NCBI GenBank assembly: GCA_043754275.1
Contig: JAYUVE010000042.1
Location: forward strand, 10,124 to 74,123
Direction: 5' to 3'
Source of the DNA: Microbacteriaceae bacterium
Lineage (GTDB): Bacteria; Actinomycetota; Actinomycetes; Actinomycetales; Microbacteriaceae
Length of the DNA: 64,000 bases
The notes under the pieces are model-generated. The model did no database searches. It was not told the origin of the DNA and saw only the letters and a list, made by a program, of their open reading frames with translations. Positions 49,014-58,140 of this stretch are shown here, piece by piece. The translations under genes and the position numbers were made by a program. Numbering within the stretch: position 1 is the stretch's first letter; every line of letters starts with the position of its first letter.

Positions 49014-49739
49014 GTGACAGAAGTCCGCCTGAGCGTTGTCATTCCGGTTCTGAACGAAGCAGCGATACTCGGCGCGTGCCTCGACGCCCTTGCCCGGCAG
49101 TCGGCCTTCATTGACGAGATCATCGTCGTCGACAACAGCTCGACGGACGCCACAGTCGCGGTGGCCGAGGCATACCCGCGCGTACGCGTGCTGGCAGAAT
49201 CCCGCCGCGGTGTGACCTTTGCGCGGAACACGGGCTTTGACGCTGCGACGGGCGACATCCTGGCCCGCATCGATGCCGACACGCTGGTTCGCCCCGGTTG
49301 GGCACAGGCGATTCGCGACGCGTTCGCAGCAACCCCCGCCCCCGCCGGCCTGGCCGGACCGGCAGCCTTCACGATCCTCTCAACGCCTGACCTACCGGTT
49401 GGCCGCACCCCGTACGCACTCTTCCGCGTCATCCATCGAGTCTTGATCGGCGAAGGCCCGCTGACCTATGGGCACAACATGGCGATCACTCGCTCCGCCT
49501 GGCATCGCATCCGCGAGCTGGTCACCGTCGGCGACAACGCGATCAGCGAAGACATCGACATCGCCCTCGCCCTCCTGCACACTGGCAATAAGGTCGCCTA
49601 CGAACAGCGGATGCTCGTCACGATCACCGCGGAACGCACGATGCACCCCGCCAAGCTCGCGCGCTACATCAGGGCAGACCGGCTGACCAAGGCGAAGTAC
49701 CGGGAGCTACGAGCAGTGGGGCGCACGGCAGCCGCGTAA
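49014..49739 (+). CDS. Glycosyltransferase family 2
   Basis: SVVIPVLNE, VVDNSSTD, RIDAD, SEDID. Confidence 0.9.
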   Translation: MTEVRLSVVIPVLNEAAILGACLDALARQSAFIDEIIVVDNSSTDATVAVAEAYPRVRVLAESRRGVTFARNTGFDAATGDILARIDADTLVRPGWAQAIRDAFAATPAPAGLAGPAAFTILSTPDLPVGRTPYALFRVIHRVLIGEGPLTYGHNMAITRSAWHRIRELVTVGDNAISEDIDIALALLHTGNKVAYEQRMLVTITAERTMHPAKLARYIRADRLTKAKYRELRAVGRTAAA

Positions 49740-49757
49740 ACACCGTCGAGGAGATCC

Positions 49758-50504
49758 ATGCAGATCGAAGGCACCACCGCCCTGGTCACGGGCGCGGCAT
49801 CCGGGCTGGGCGCGGCGACAGCCGAGTGGCTCGCGAAACGCGGCGCGCACGTTCTCGGCCCGGACCTGCAGGCCTCGATCGACAAGGCCACGCCGGTCGA
49901 CGGCGTGCAACTCGTCTCCGCCGACGTCACGAGCGCCGAAGAGGTCGCCGCGGCACTTGAAGGCGTGACGGGCCTTCGCATCGTGATCAACTGTGCCGGC
50001 ATCGCCCCCGCCCGGCGCGTGCTCTCCTCCAAGGGCGTGCACGAGCTCGAACTCTTCCGCCGAACCATCGAGGTGAACCTCATCGGCACGTTCAACGTGC
50101 TGCGGCTCGGCGCCGAGCTAATCGCCGCGCAAACAGCCGATGAGAACGGCCAACGCGGCGTCATCATCAACACGGCGTCGGTCGCCGCCTTCGAGGGCCA
50201 GATCGGCCAGATCGCCTACTCCGCATCGAAGGGCGGAGTGGTCGGGATGACGCTGCCGGCCGCCCGCGACCTCGCACGCAACGGCATCCGGGTGAACACC
50301 ATCGCGCCTGGCATTGTGGACACACCACTGCTCGCCGCACTCGGACCGGAAGTGAACGCATCACTTGCCGCCGGCGTCCCGTTCCCACAACGCCTGGCTC
50401 GTCCAGACGAGTTCGCTCAGCTGGCGTGCATGATCATCGAGCACGACTACCTCAACGGCGAGACGATCCGCATGGATGGCGCGCTGCGGATGGGCCCGCA
50501 GTAA
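49758..50504 (+). CDS. SDR oxidoreductase, HSD10/3-hydroxyacyl-CoA dehydrogenase type
   Basis: TGAASGLG, NCAGI, YSASK, LNGETIRMDG. Confidence 0.92.
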   Translation: MQIEGTTALVTGAASGLGAATAEWLAKRGAHVLGPDLQASIDKATPVDGVQLVSADVTSAEEVAAALEGVTGLRIVINCAGIAPARRVLSSKGVHELELFRRTIEVNLIGTFNVLRLGAELIAAQTADENGQRGVIINTASVAAFEGQIGQIAYSASKGGVVGMTLPAARDLARNGIRVNTIAPGIVDTPLLAALGPEVNASLAAGVPFPQRLARPDEFAQLACMIIEHDYLNGETIRMDGALRMGPQ

Positions 50505-50507
50505 CGC

Positions 50508-51401
50508 CTAGCGAACCGCCGCGACGATGACTTTGCGCGCGGCATCCCCTTCGGGCATCGGCAGGATCGGGTAGTTGTGGATCATTCCATTGCCCACGTA
50601 GTAGTCGAGCGCGACACCCGCGGCGGCGGCGAGGGGCACGAGGCGCGAGGCATCGGCGTGCAGGATGTCGCGGGTGCCGCTGAACATCGTGATAGGCCCC
50701 AGCCCCGCCAGGGAGCCGTGGATCGGGCTCACCCGCCAGTCGTCTTCCGGCAGCTCGCCGCGGTACAGGAGCCCGGTCGCATGCGTCCCTGGCACCGCGA
50801 GCCAGGGGTCACGGGGTGCGATCTCCGCCAGCCGGGGGTCGGTGCCCGAGATGTCCAGCCAGGGCGCGATCAGCACCGTGGCGTGCAGCGGACCGAGGTG
50901 GCGATCACGCAGGGCCATGGCTGTGGCCAGCGTCATCCCGCCGCCTGACGAGTCGCCGATGATGCTCAGGTTGTCTGCGCCGACCTCGGCGATGAGGGAT
51001 GCCGCGAGCTCAGCCACCCCGGCGACGACAGCACTGGCCACGCCGGTCGGCGCCAAGGGCATGATCGGCACGACCACGGATACCCCGGCTTCCGTGGCGA
51101 GCTTGCCGATGGGTGCCCAGTGGATCGGGTCGATCTCGAATACGTAGCACCCGCCGTGCAGGTAGAGCGCACGTCGCGTGGGCGCAGCTCGACGGGCCGT
51201 GACGGTGTAGACCGGCCAACCGCCGACCTCAGAACGCGTGACCGAGTGGCTGCGCCCGAGCGACGCGGGTGGCAGGAATGAGTCGGGATGCTCCTGCAGT
51301 CGGGCAATCCGGGCGAGAGTGCGCTTCTCGGAGTTGAACATCCGCTTGGAACCGCGGAGGGTGATGACCAGCGGTGCGAGCCTGCTCAGGAAACTCGCCA
51401 T
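50508..51401 (-). CDS. Alpha/beta hydrolase (HSL-type esterase)
   Basis: LHGGCY, GDSSGG, GTRD, MIH. Confidence 0.88.
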   Translation of the reverse strand: MASFLSRLAPLVITLRGSKRMFNSEKRTLARIARLQEHPDSFLPPASLGRSHSVTRSEVGGWPVYTVTARRAAPTRRALYLHGGCYVFEIDPIHWAPIGKLATEAGVSVVVPIMPLAPTGVASAVVAGVAELAASLIAEVGADNLSIIGDSSGGGMTLATAMALRDRHLGPLHATVLIAPWLDISGTDPRLAEIAPRDPWLAVPGTHATGLLYRGELPEDDWRVSPIHGSLAGLGPITMFSGTRDILHADASRLVPLAAAAGVALDYYVGNGMIHNYPILPMPEGDAARKVIVAAVR

Positions 51402-51410
51402 CGGCGAAGG

Positions 51411-51584
51411 TTAGCCGTCGACGCGCTTGAGAACGTGGATGGGAATGGCCACACCAAGGCTGCAGGCGAGGATGCCGGACAGGAACAGTAGGTACTCGAA
51501 GCCCGCCACGTAGAAGGACGAACCCATCAGGTAGAGACCGCCGACGAAGAGAAGGATCGAGACGACGAAGGCGATGATATTCAC
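51411..51584 (-). CDS. 57-aa two-TM small membrane protein (absent from the ORF track)
   Basis: Read by hand: MNIIAFVVSILLFVGGLYLMGSSFYVAGFEYLLFLSGILACSLGVAIPIHVLKRVDG; GC3-rich codons; TAGGAT 6 nt upstream of GTG. Confidence 0.75.
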   Translation of the reverse strand: MNIIAFVVSILLFVGGLYLMGSSFYVAGFEYLLFLSGILACSLGVAIPIHVLKRVDG

Positions 51585-51629
51585 GGCTTCATCCTAGCGA
51601 ACCGCAGTTTCTCGTCCGCCACGCGATAC

Positions 51630-51760
51630 CCCCCATCTTGGGGGTGATTGCTCAACTTCGCGTCCCCTACAATGGGCACAACCGCCCCCCGAACTGGCGC
51701 CTTGCGGTTGCGCCGTCAGCCGTCCCCGAAATGCCCCGCGGCAGGCACCCACAGGACACC
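51630..51760 (+). promoter_or_regulatory. Conserved leader 1: C5-N5-G5 palindrome, TACAAT -10 and two pseudoknot units
   Basis: Shares architecture with 54793-54915. Confidence 0.65.
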
Positions 51761-51761
51761 T

Positions 51762-51923
51762 ATGTCTCACGAAACCGAACTACCCCCATTCGGTTGGTAC
51801 CCAGACCCAGCAGGCTCGTCGATGTTGCGCTGGTGGAATGGCACCGCCTGGACCAACAATCTCGAACGCCGACGCCCCGAGGTGCAGGCCGCCCCGGCGT
51901 TCTCCACACGGCTCGCTTCATAA
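51762..51923 (+). CDS. Stand-alone DUF2510 microprotein
   Basis: PFGWYPDPAG...LRWWNGTAWT; ACAGGA RBS. Confidence 0.8.
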   Translation: MSHETELPPFGWYPDPAGSSMLRWWNGTAWTNNLERRRPEVQAAPAFSTRLAS

Positions 51924-51974
51924 GTTTCGCCGGACCGCTACCCTGAACGCACGTCGTCCAGGGGAGAAGCGGTC

Positions 51975-54785
51975 ATGGCAGTGGAGTCTTTCGCCGATCG
52001 AGCAGGTTTCGTAGCGTTTCCGCGGTCGGTTGCCGACCTCACCAGCACGTCGATTTGCCCTGCGTGCTTCACGAAACTCGCGAGCACGATCTGCAGCAAC
52101 TGCGCACTGGATGTCACTCAGGCAGCAGCAACGGAGCTGCACGACACTTCGCTGCGCGCCGCCGCCGCCCTCGACCAGCGCGTGGAGCTGATCGGCAGGA
52201 TGCGAGCCGACGCGGCCGCCGCCGCGCTCGCCGCCGCCACTAGGACCGTCGCCGCACCGCCCGTCGTAGCTACTGCGCCCACGACCCCGGTGCCCCCGGC
52301 TTCCGTGCTGCACCGCCCGGTCGGCGCGCAGGTGATCCTGCTGGTGGTCGGGGTCTCGCTGCTCGCGGTGGGCGCGATCTTCTTCCTCGTATACGCATTC
52401 ATCACCTTCGGACTGATCTGGCGCTCGGTGATCATCGGCGCAGTGACCATCGCGGCCATCAGCGGGGCAACCCTGCTGAAACGGCGGCGGCTCCGGGCCA
52501 CCGCGGAAGCCATCGCCGCCCTCGCGACTGTCTTCGTCTACCTCGATGCCTTTGCCGTGAGGGCGAACAACTTCTTTGGTGCAGCCGATACCGACGGCCT
52601 CGTCTACTGGGGCATCACCCTCGCAGTAGTGGCCGTGGGCTTCGCCGTGTTGCACAGGATGTCGGGCCTGCGCCTGCTCAACCTCGTCGCCTTCGCGACT
52701 GTCGGCCCCGGCATCGCGCTCTTGGTCGCCGGGCTTACCGACGGGCTCGACGGCGGCGTCAGGGTGTTCGTCGCCTTCGCGGCGCTCGCTGTCTCCGGTC
52801 TCGTGCATCCGCTGGCTCGCGCCGCAGCCCCCGAACGCATCATTGCACTGGCACTTGGCACACTCGGTCTCGTCGGCGCCGGATTCACCGCGGTGCTCTT
52901 CAAGCCCCAGGACGACTGGGCGCCGGCCGTGGGGCTCGGCGTCGTTGCGCTGCTTGCGCTGCTGCACGTGGTGGTCGTGGCGCGGGTCGGAGCCGCTCGG
53001 CCACTCGGGCTCGTGGTCGCCGGGATCGGCGGGGCCGCGGCATCCGTCGCGGGGCTGGTCGTGTCTGGGCGGATAGACGATGTCGCAGTTTTCGTCATCG
53101 CGCCGGCGCTTGCCGCGGCGGTCATTGCTCTTCTCCTGGAGCTCATTGGACGTCGTGCGACCGGCTTTGCACGCCGGGCCACAAACGTTGCGGCCTGGTC
53201 GGCCGCTGGAATCACCGGCATCGCGCTGCTCTTTCCGTTGGCCACGGCGCTCGGCCCGGTTTCGTCGTTGCTCGCCGCCGGTACCTACCGATGGTCTGTC
53301 ACCGGGGGCGAGCCCGTGGCCCTCCAGCCCGAATCCTTCAACGCCGTCGTCGCACTCGTCGTCGTGATTGCTCTCGCCGGCGGCGCCTGGCTCCTGGGCG
53401 GAGTTTTCGCCAGCCGCAAGCCGGCACTCGCCTGGGCGGGCATGGCGACACTCGTTCTCGCCGCGCCCCTGGTCGGGATGCTCTGGCTGGTTATCATCGC
53501 CTGGCTCGCCATCGGGGCCGCCGCGATCGTCGCCCTCGTCGCGACCGCCCGCCGCGGATCCCGCGCGACCGTACGCGTGCCGCTGGCCGTGGGCGGGGCG
53601 GTCGCCACCGCGCTCGCCTGGGCGGCATCCTGGGCGAGTATCGACACCTGGTGGTACGGATCGGTGGGCGCGGTGGCCCTACTGGTCGCGGCCAGGGTCA
53701 CGACGAAGGCCGTGCCGCTGCGCGGCATGCTGCTCGCCGGGGCGACGGTGCTGTCATTCGTGGCAATCGGCTCGGAGGGCTGGCACACCAGCGAACGGTT
53801 CCAGAGTGGCCACGGGGCCGCGGTCGACTCGATCCATTTCGTCGCGGCACTGGCCATCCTGCTCGTCAGCCTCTCGGCGCCGCTCTCGCGCGCACTTTCC
53901 GCGTTCGAAACACGCGTTCTCTTCTGGCTGTCGCTCGTGACCGGCGTGGTCACCGCGGGCATCAGCTGGTGGGTCGGCGGGGTCGCGTCGGCGGAGGACC
54001 TCGGCTCCCTTGTGCTGCCCGAGTTCGCGACGAGCGTCGTGCTCGGAGCCGCGCTTGTAGTTGCGCTGCTGGTGTGGCTGCTCGACCGGCTTACCTCGGC
54101 GTTCGCCGAAGAGCGAGTGGTGGCTTCCATCGCGCTTGCGCCCGCCGCGGCGTGGCTCGTCGATTCGGCGGCGAGGCTGCTACTGCTTACGCCGACCGCA
54201 CGTGTGGTCACGGTGCTGCTGCTGTTCTGCGCCCTGCATGTCGTCGGCGTGCTGGTCAACCGGGGGCCGTTCACTGCCGCGACCGGCTGGGCATCGATCG
54301 GATTCGCCGCCCTGACGGCGATCATCGCCGTCGCTGGCGGGCTCATCGATCCGTTCGAGTGGGCGACCGCCGCTATCGCCGTCGCGCTCCTCGTGACGGG
54401 GGTCGCGAAGCTCAGTGGCTCGGCTACCGCCGGAAGCTGGGCGTGGCTGGCCCCTGGGCTGCTGGTGCTGTTCCTGCCCTCGCTACTGGCAACCTTCGTC
54501 GAGCAGCCGGCCTGGCGCTTGGTCGGGCTGGGCGTGGCCTGCGTGGTCGCGGTGATCATCGGGGCGGTGGCCAGGCTCAAGTCGCCGCTGGTGATCGGCT
54601 CCGTGGTCGTGCTGGTGCACGCGATCCGCACCTTCGCGCCGCAGCTTGTCGCCGTCTACCAGCTCACGGAATGGTGGGTCTGGGCGGTCATCGGCGGGGG
54701 CATCCTGCTATTCCTGGGGCTCACCTTCGAGAAGCGCATGCGCGATCTCAGGTCGGCGGCGTCGAGAGTGTCAGCTCTGCGCTGA
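51975..54785 (+). CDS. Large polytopic membrane protein with N-terminal Zn ribbon (DUF2157/SCO7613-like)
   Basis: CPAC..CSNC, more than 20 hydrophobic helices, C-terminal WVWAVIGGGILL..LTFEKR. Confidence 0.75.
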   Translation: MAVESFADRAGFVAFPRSVADLTSTSICPACFTKLASTICSNCALDVTQAAATELHDTSLRAAAALDQRVELIGRMRADAAAAALAAATRTVAAPPVVATAPTTPVPPASVLHRPVGAQVILLVVGVSLLAVGAIFFLVYAFITFGLIWRSVIIGAVTIAAISGATLLKRRRLRATAEAIAALATVFVYLDAFAVRANNFFGAADTDGLVYWGITLAVVAVGFAVLHRMSGLRLLNLVAFATVGPGIALLVAGLTDGLDGGVRVFVAFAALAVSGLVHPLARAAAPERIIALALGTLGLVGAGFTAVLFKPQDDWAPAVGLGVVALLALLHVVVVARVGAARPLGLVVAGIGGAAASVAGLVVSGRIDDVAVFVIAPALAAAVIALLLELIGRRATGFARRATNVAAWSAAGITGIALLFPLATALGPVSSLLAAGTYRWSVTGGEPVALQPESFNAVVALVVVIALAGGAWLLGGVFASRKPALAWAGMATLVLAAPLVGMLWLVIIAWLAIGAAAIVALVATARRGSRATVRVPLAVGGAVATALAWAASWASIDTWWYGSVGAVALLVAARVTTKAVPLRGMLLAGATVLSFVAIGSEGWHTSERFQSGHGAAVDSIHFVAALAILLVSLSAPLSRALSAFETRVLFWLSLVTGVVTAGISWWVGGVASAEDLGSLVLPEFATSVVLGAALVVALLVWLLDRLTSAFAEERVVASIALAPAAAWLVDSAARLLLLTPTARVVTVLLLFCALHVVGVLVNRGPFTAATGWASIGFAALTAIIAVAGGLIDPFEWATAAIAVALLVTGVAKLSGSATAGSWAWLAPGLLVLFLPSLLATFVEQPAWRLVGLGVACVVAVIIGAVARLKSPLVIGSVVVLVHAIRTFAPQLVAVYQLTEWWVWAVIGGGILLFLGLTFEKRMRDLRSAASRVSALR

Positions 54786-54792
54786 GGATCGT

Positions 54793-54915
54793 CCCCCGAG
54801 TTGGGGGCTGTCGGGGTACAAGCTAAGTCCTCTACTATGGGGACGAGGAACGAAACCGGTTCCCCAGGTTGCCGCCCCCGAAGGCCCTTGCGGCAGGGCA
54901 CCACAGGACATTCCG
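54793..54915 (+). promoter_or_regulatory. Conserved leader 2: C5-N5-G5 palindrome, TACTAT -10 and one pseudoknot unit
   Basis: Shares architecture with 51630-51760. Confidence 0.65.
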
Positions 54916-55107
54916 ATGTCGATCACGTTGAACACCAGGACGGACACAGCCCCATTCGGCTGGTACCCCGACCCCGCGGGAAGCCCCAAGCTGCGCCTCT
55001 GGAACGGCGGAGCCTGGACCGACCAACTCGAGTGGCGCGCCCCCGGCATCGAGCCCGTCTTCGGATACGACGAAGACGGTCGCGTCACCCGCCAGTTCGA
55101 CTACTAG
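54916..55107 (+). CDS. Stand-alone DUF2510 microprotein (paralog)
   Basis: PFGWYPDPAG...LRLWNGGAWT; ACAGGA RBS. Confidence 0.8.
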   Translation: MSITLNTRTDTAPFGWYPDPAGSPKLRLWNGGAWTDQLEWRAPGIEPVFGYDEDGRVTRQFDY

Positions 55108-55179
55108 ACCCACACGCGACGGCTTCCCCCCGCCGTCGCATTCCCGAAAGGACCGCGTCTCCCTGGCTGCAGTTGACCC

Positions 55180-55821
55180 CTAGCGCTGCAGCCAGGCGAG
55201 CACGGCAAGCACCCTTCGATGGTCGGTGCCAGAGTCATCCAGCGCCAGCTTCTGGAAGATGGATGTCACGTTCTTCTCGACAGCCCCGGTGCCGATGACC
55301 AGGCGCGCTCCGATCGCCGCGTTGGTGCGCCCCTCGGCCATGAGGGCCATCACTTCCCGCTCGCGTGGTGTTAGCGCGGCGAGCGGATCATGGCGCCGCC
55401 CCAACAGTTGTGCGACGACCTCGGGGTCGAGCACGGTGCCGCCCGCTGCGATGCGTTCGACAGCATCCCGTAGTTCGTCGAGCGATGCGACCCGGTCTTT
55501 GAGCAGGTAGCCGACGCCGCCGCTGCCGCCGGACAGCAGCTCCTGCGCGTACGCGACCTCTACATATTGCGAGAGCAGCAGGATGCCGAGCCCCGGCAGG
55601 GCGGCCCGAGCCTCGATGGCAGCCCGCACTCCCTCGTCGCGGTAGGTGGGCGGCATCCGCACGTCTAGCACGGCGAGGTCTGGCTTCACGGATGCGAGCT
55701 GCGCGAGTAGTTCGACGGCGTCGCCGTAGGATCCCACCACTTCGAACCCGGCCTCGTCCAATACGCGGACAAGGCCCTCCCGAAGGAGGACCGAGTCGTC
55801 GGCCACGACTATGCGCAACAT
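55180..55821 (-). CDS. NarL/LuxR response regulator
   Basis: VVADD, LDVRMPP, GYLLK, LTPREREV HTH. Confidence 0.93.
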   Translation of the reverse strand: MLRIVVADDSVLLREGLVRVLDEAGFEVVGSYGDAVELLAQLASVKPDLAVLDVRMPPTYRDEGVRAAIEARAALPGLGILLLSQYVEVAYAQELLSGGSGGVGYLLKDRVASLDELRDAVERIAAGGTVLDPEVVAQLLGRRHDPLAALTPREREVMALMAEGRTNAAIGARLVIGTGAVEKNVTSIFQKLALDDSGTDHRRVLAVLAWLQR

Positions 55822-55831
55822 GCTGCCAAGG

Positions 55832-57229
55832 CTAGGCGACCGAACCGGCAAGCGCCGTTGCGGTGATCGGCAGGTGAGCCGTCACCGCAGTCGGACCGCC
55901 CGCAGGGCTGTGCAGTTCGAGCGTGCCACCGAGACCGCGCAAGCGCTCTTCGAGGCCGGAGATGCCGTGGCCCGCGATCATGAACGCGCCGCCATGGCCG
56001 TTGTCGGTCACGCTCACGTCGAGCCACGTTTCGGCCTCGACGCGCTCGGCCACCCGAATCTCGATCTCAGTAGCCCCCGAATGCTTGCCGGCGTTGGTCA
56101 GCGCCTCGCTCGCCACGAAGTAGGCGTTGCGCTCGATCTCCTGCGGGAGTTCGGCACCCTCCGGCAGTTCGCTCACGACGTGCGCGGGCACGGTGCTGCG
56201 GGCCGCCGCGGACTCGAGTGCGGCGATGAGTCCCCGATCGAGCAGGATCGGCGGAGCGAAGCCACGCGACAGTGCGCGCAGCTCTTCGAGTGCATCCTTC
56301 GACTGCTGCATCGCCTCCTCGATGAGGCCGCGCGCCTTGTCGGGGTCAGAGTCAAGCTGGCGTTCTGCCGCGGCCAGGTCCATCTGCAGTCGCACGAGCC
56401 GCTGCTGCGGGCCGTCGTGGATGTCCCGCTCGAGTCGGCGCAAAGAGTGACCTTCTGCGGAGTGGGCTGCGCCGCGGGACTCGGCGAGCGTCGCGACCTC
56501 GCGCTGGAGGGCATCCGATCGCCAGGCGCCGAGGACGCCGCGTGCGATGAGCCAGTGCAGCATGACCATGCCGCGAGTGACGAAGGGCAGGGTGACCAGG
56601 AAGATCACGCCGAGCGCGAGGTAGATGAGGTCATCGGCGAGGGTCGTGTCGAGGTTAGCTCCCGGGAACAACCAGCGAGAGAGGAACCAGTCCTGGTCGC
56701 CCCGCGGGATGAACAGGTTCCAGAACCAATAGCTGATGCCACCGAGACCGGTAGCGACCCAGGTGATCATGATCGACCAGCTGATGGTCTTCACGACAAA
56801 GTCGATGACCATGACGTAAAGCAGGTACAGCCAGTAGTGACCGTTGCCGAGCACCGCCCGCAGCCAGCCGAAGAAGCCCGTGCGCGCCCGCGCGTCCTGC
56901 CATTCGGGGTGGGCGATGGCGGGCCTGCCGGTCCACTCCAGCAGCATCAGCTCGAGCGTGCCGAAGCCGCGCGCGATGTAGAGGCAGCCGATGATCAGCA
57001 CGACGCCGATAAAGAAGGTGACGATCGTGCCGAGGCCCGCGGAGAACAGGCTTACGGTAAGGGAGAACCCGACGACCGAGATGGGGAAGGCGATGAAGAG
57101 GTACGCGAGTTCGCGAGGGACGGCAGCCCAGAGGGCTCCATATCCGCGGGTGCGCGGGGTTGCGGGGGCCTCGGTCGTGGCAGGCAGGGCTGGGCTGGTC
57201 ATGGTCGACTCCGATTGTGGTTCAGACAT
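55832..57229 (-). CDS. Sensor histidine kinase (HisKA_3)
   Basis: ERDIHDGPQQRL, EALTNAGKH, DNGHGG, G.SGLEER; TM sensor region. Confidence 0.92.
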   Translation of the reverse strand: MSEPQSESTMTSPALPATTEAPATPRTRGYGALWAAVPRELAYLFIAFPISVVGFSLTVSLFSAGLGTIVTFFIGVVLIIGCLYIARGFGTLELMLLEWTGRPAIAHPEWQDARARTGFFGWLRAVLGNGHYWLYLLYVMVIDFVVKTISWSIMITWVATGLGGISYWFWNLFIPRGDQDWFLSRWLFPGANLDTTLADDLIYLALGVIFLVTLPFVTRGMVMLHWLIARGVLGAWRSDALQREVATLAESRGAAHSAEGHSLRRLERDIHDGPQQRLVRLQMDLAAAERQLDSDPDKARGLIEEAMQQSKDALEELRALSRGFAPPILLDRGLIAALESAAARSTVPAHVVSELPEGAELPQEIERNAYFVASEALTNAGKHSGATEIEIRVAERVEAETWLDVSVTDNGHGGAFMIAGHGISGLEERLRGLGGTLELHSPAGGPTAVTAHLPITATALAGSVA

Positions 57230-57289
57230 GTGTCCAGTTTCTTGAGCCGCGGCATCCACAGCCATCGGGCAGCCACACGAACCGGCGGT

Positions 57290-57302
57290 GGGGGTATCCC
57301 CC
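57290..57302. promoter_or_regulatory. Probable NarL-type operator
   Basis: GGGGG-TAT-CCCCC palindrome ~60 nt upstream of the kinase start. Confidence 0.5.
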
Positions 57303-57315
57303 GCTCATCGCCCGG

Positions 57316-58113
57316 TCACTGCACCTCAGTCGTCTCGCCGAGCGCCAGCCAGCGGGTGCGTGCGAGCAGGCCCGCGCCGTCCAGGGCCTTGTGCAGGTCG
57401 GTTTCCGGTTGGAAGTGGGTCCAGCCGCTGCGGTGCACTGGGATGATGACCCGCGGGTCGATGAGGGTGCACACCTCCACGAACTGGCCGGGGTCGAACG
57501 TGAAGATGACCTTGCCGACGGCCGGGGCCGCGGGGAACTTCACGCCACCCGCATTGATGATCGCGACATCAATCCCGCGTTTGCGTAACCCGGTGGCGGC
57601 CGCGGCGAGGGCCGGCGAGAGCACTGTGTCGCCCGAGATCCAGACCGTGGGCTCCTTCGGCGACTCGAGGAGGAATCCGGTCACCTGGCCGGTCTGCGGG
57701 ATGAAGCGTGGCCCGTGCTGCGCGACAACTGCTGTCACCGTCACGTCGCCGATCGTCGTCGACTGCCCGCTCGCGAGCCCGGTCACGGCCTTGCGGTAGC
57801 GGGTCAACCGTCGGGCCGCGTGCGGGTTAGTGATGACCGCACGCACCTGGTCACTGAGCGCGAGTGCGCGACCCGCGCGATCCAGGTTGTCGCGGTGGTG
57901 GTCGTGGCTCAGCAGCAGGGCGTCGACCTGCCCGATCTGCTCGACGCTGACGGGAGTCTCGTACTGCTTGGTGGAGAGAAACCATTTCGCAGGCGCGTAC
58001 GACGGCCCCATCGAGTAGCTGGTGCCGGGCGGATCAAAGACCGGGTCGGTGATCAGCCGCAGGCCGGCGTAGTCGATTAGCACGCTTGCGGTGCCGAGGT
58101 AGGTGATCTTCAT
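57316..58113 (-). CDS. MBL-fold metallo-hydrolase
   Basis: LITDP, LLSHDHHRDNLD, ISGDT, IPVH. Confidence 0.88.
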   Translation of the reverse strand: MKITYLGTASVLIDYAGLRLITDPVFDPPGTSYSMGPSYAPAKWFLSTKQYETPVSVEQIGQVDALLLSHDHHRDNLDRAGRALALSDQVRAVITNPHAARRLTRYRKAVTGLASGQSTTIGDVTVTAVVAQHGPRFIPQTGQVTGFLLESPKEPTVWISGDTVLSPALAAAATGLRKRGIDVAIINAGGVKFPAAPAVGKVIFTFDPGQFVEVCTLIDPRVIIPVHRSGWTHFQPETDLHKALDGAGLLARTRWLALGETTEVQ

Positions 58114-58140
58114 ACTGGATGCCTATTCTTGCTGGGCTGC

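Noticed and set aside
55116-55160. C-loop hairpin GCGACGGC-TTCCCCCC-GCCGTCGC as a fourth pseudoknot unit
   Set aside because: It lacks the CCCCGAA loop, P2 pairing and a downstream start codon; more likely a terminator between convergent genes.
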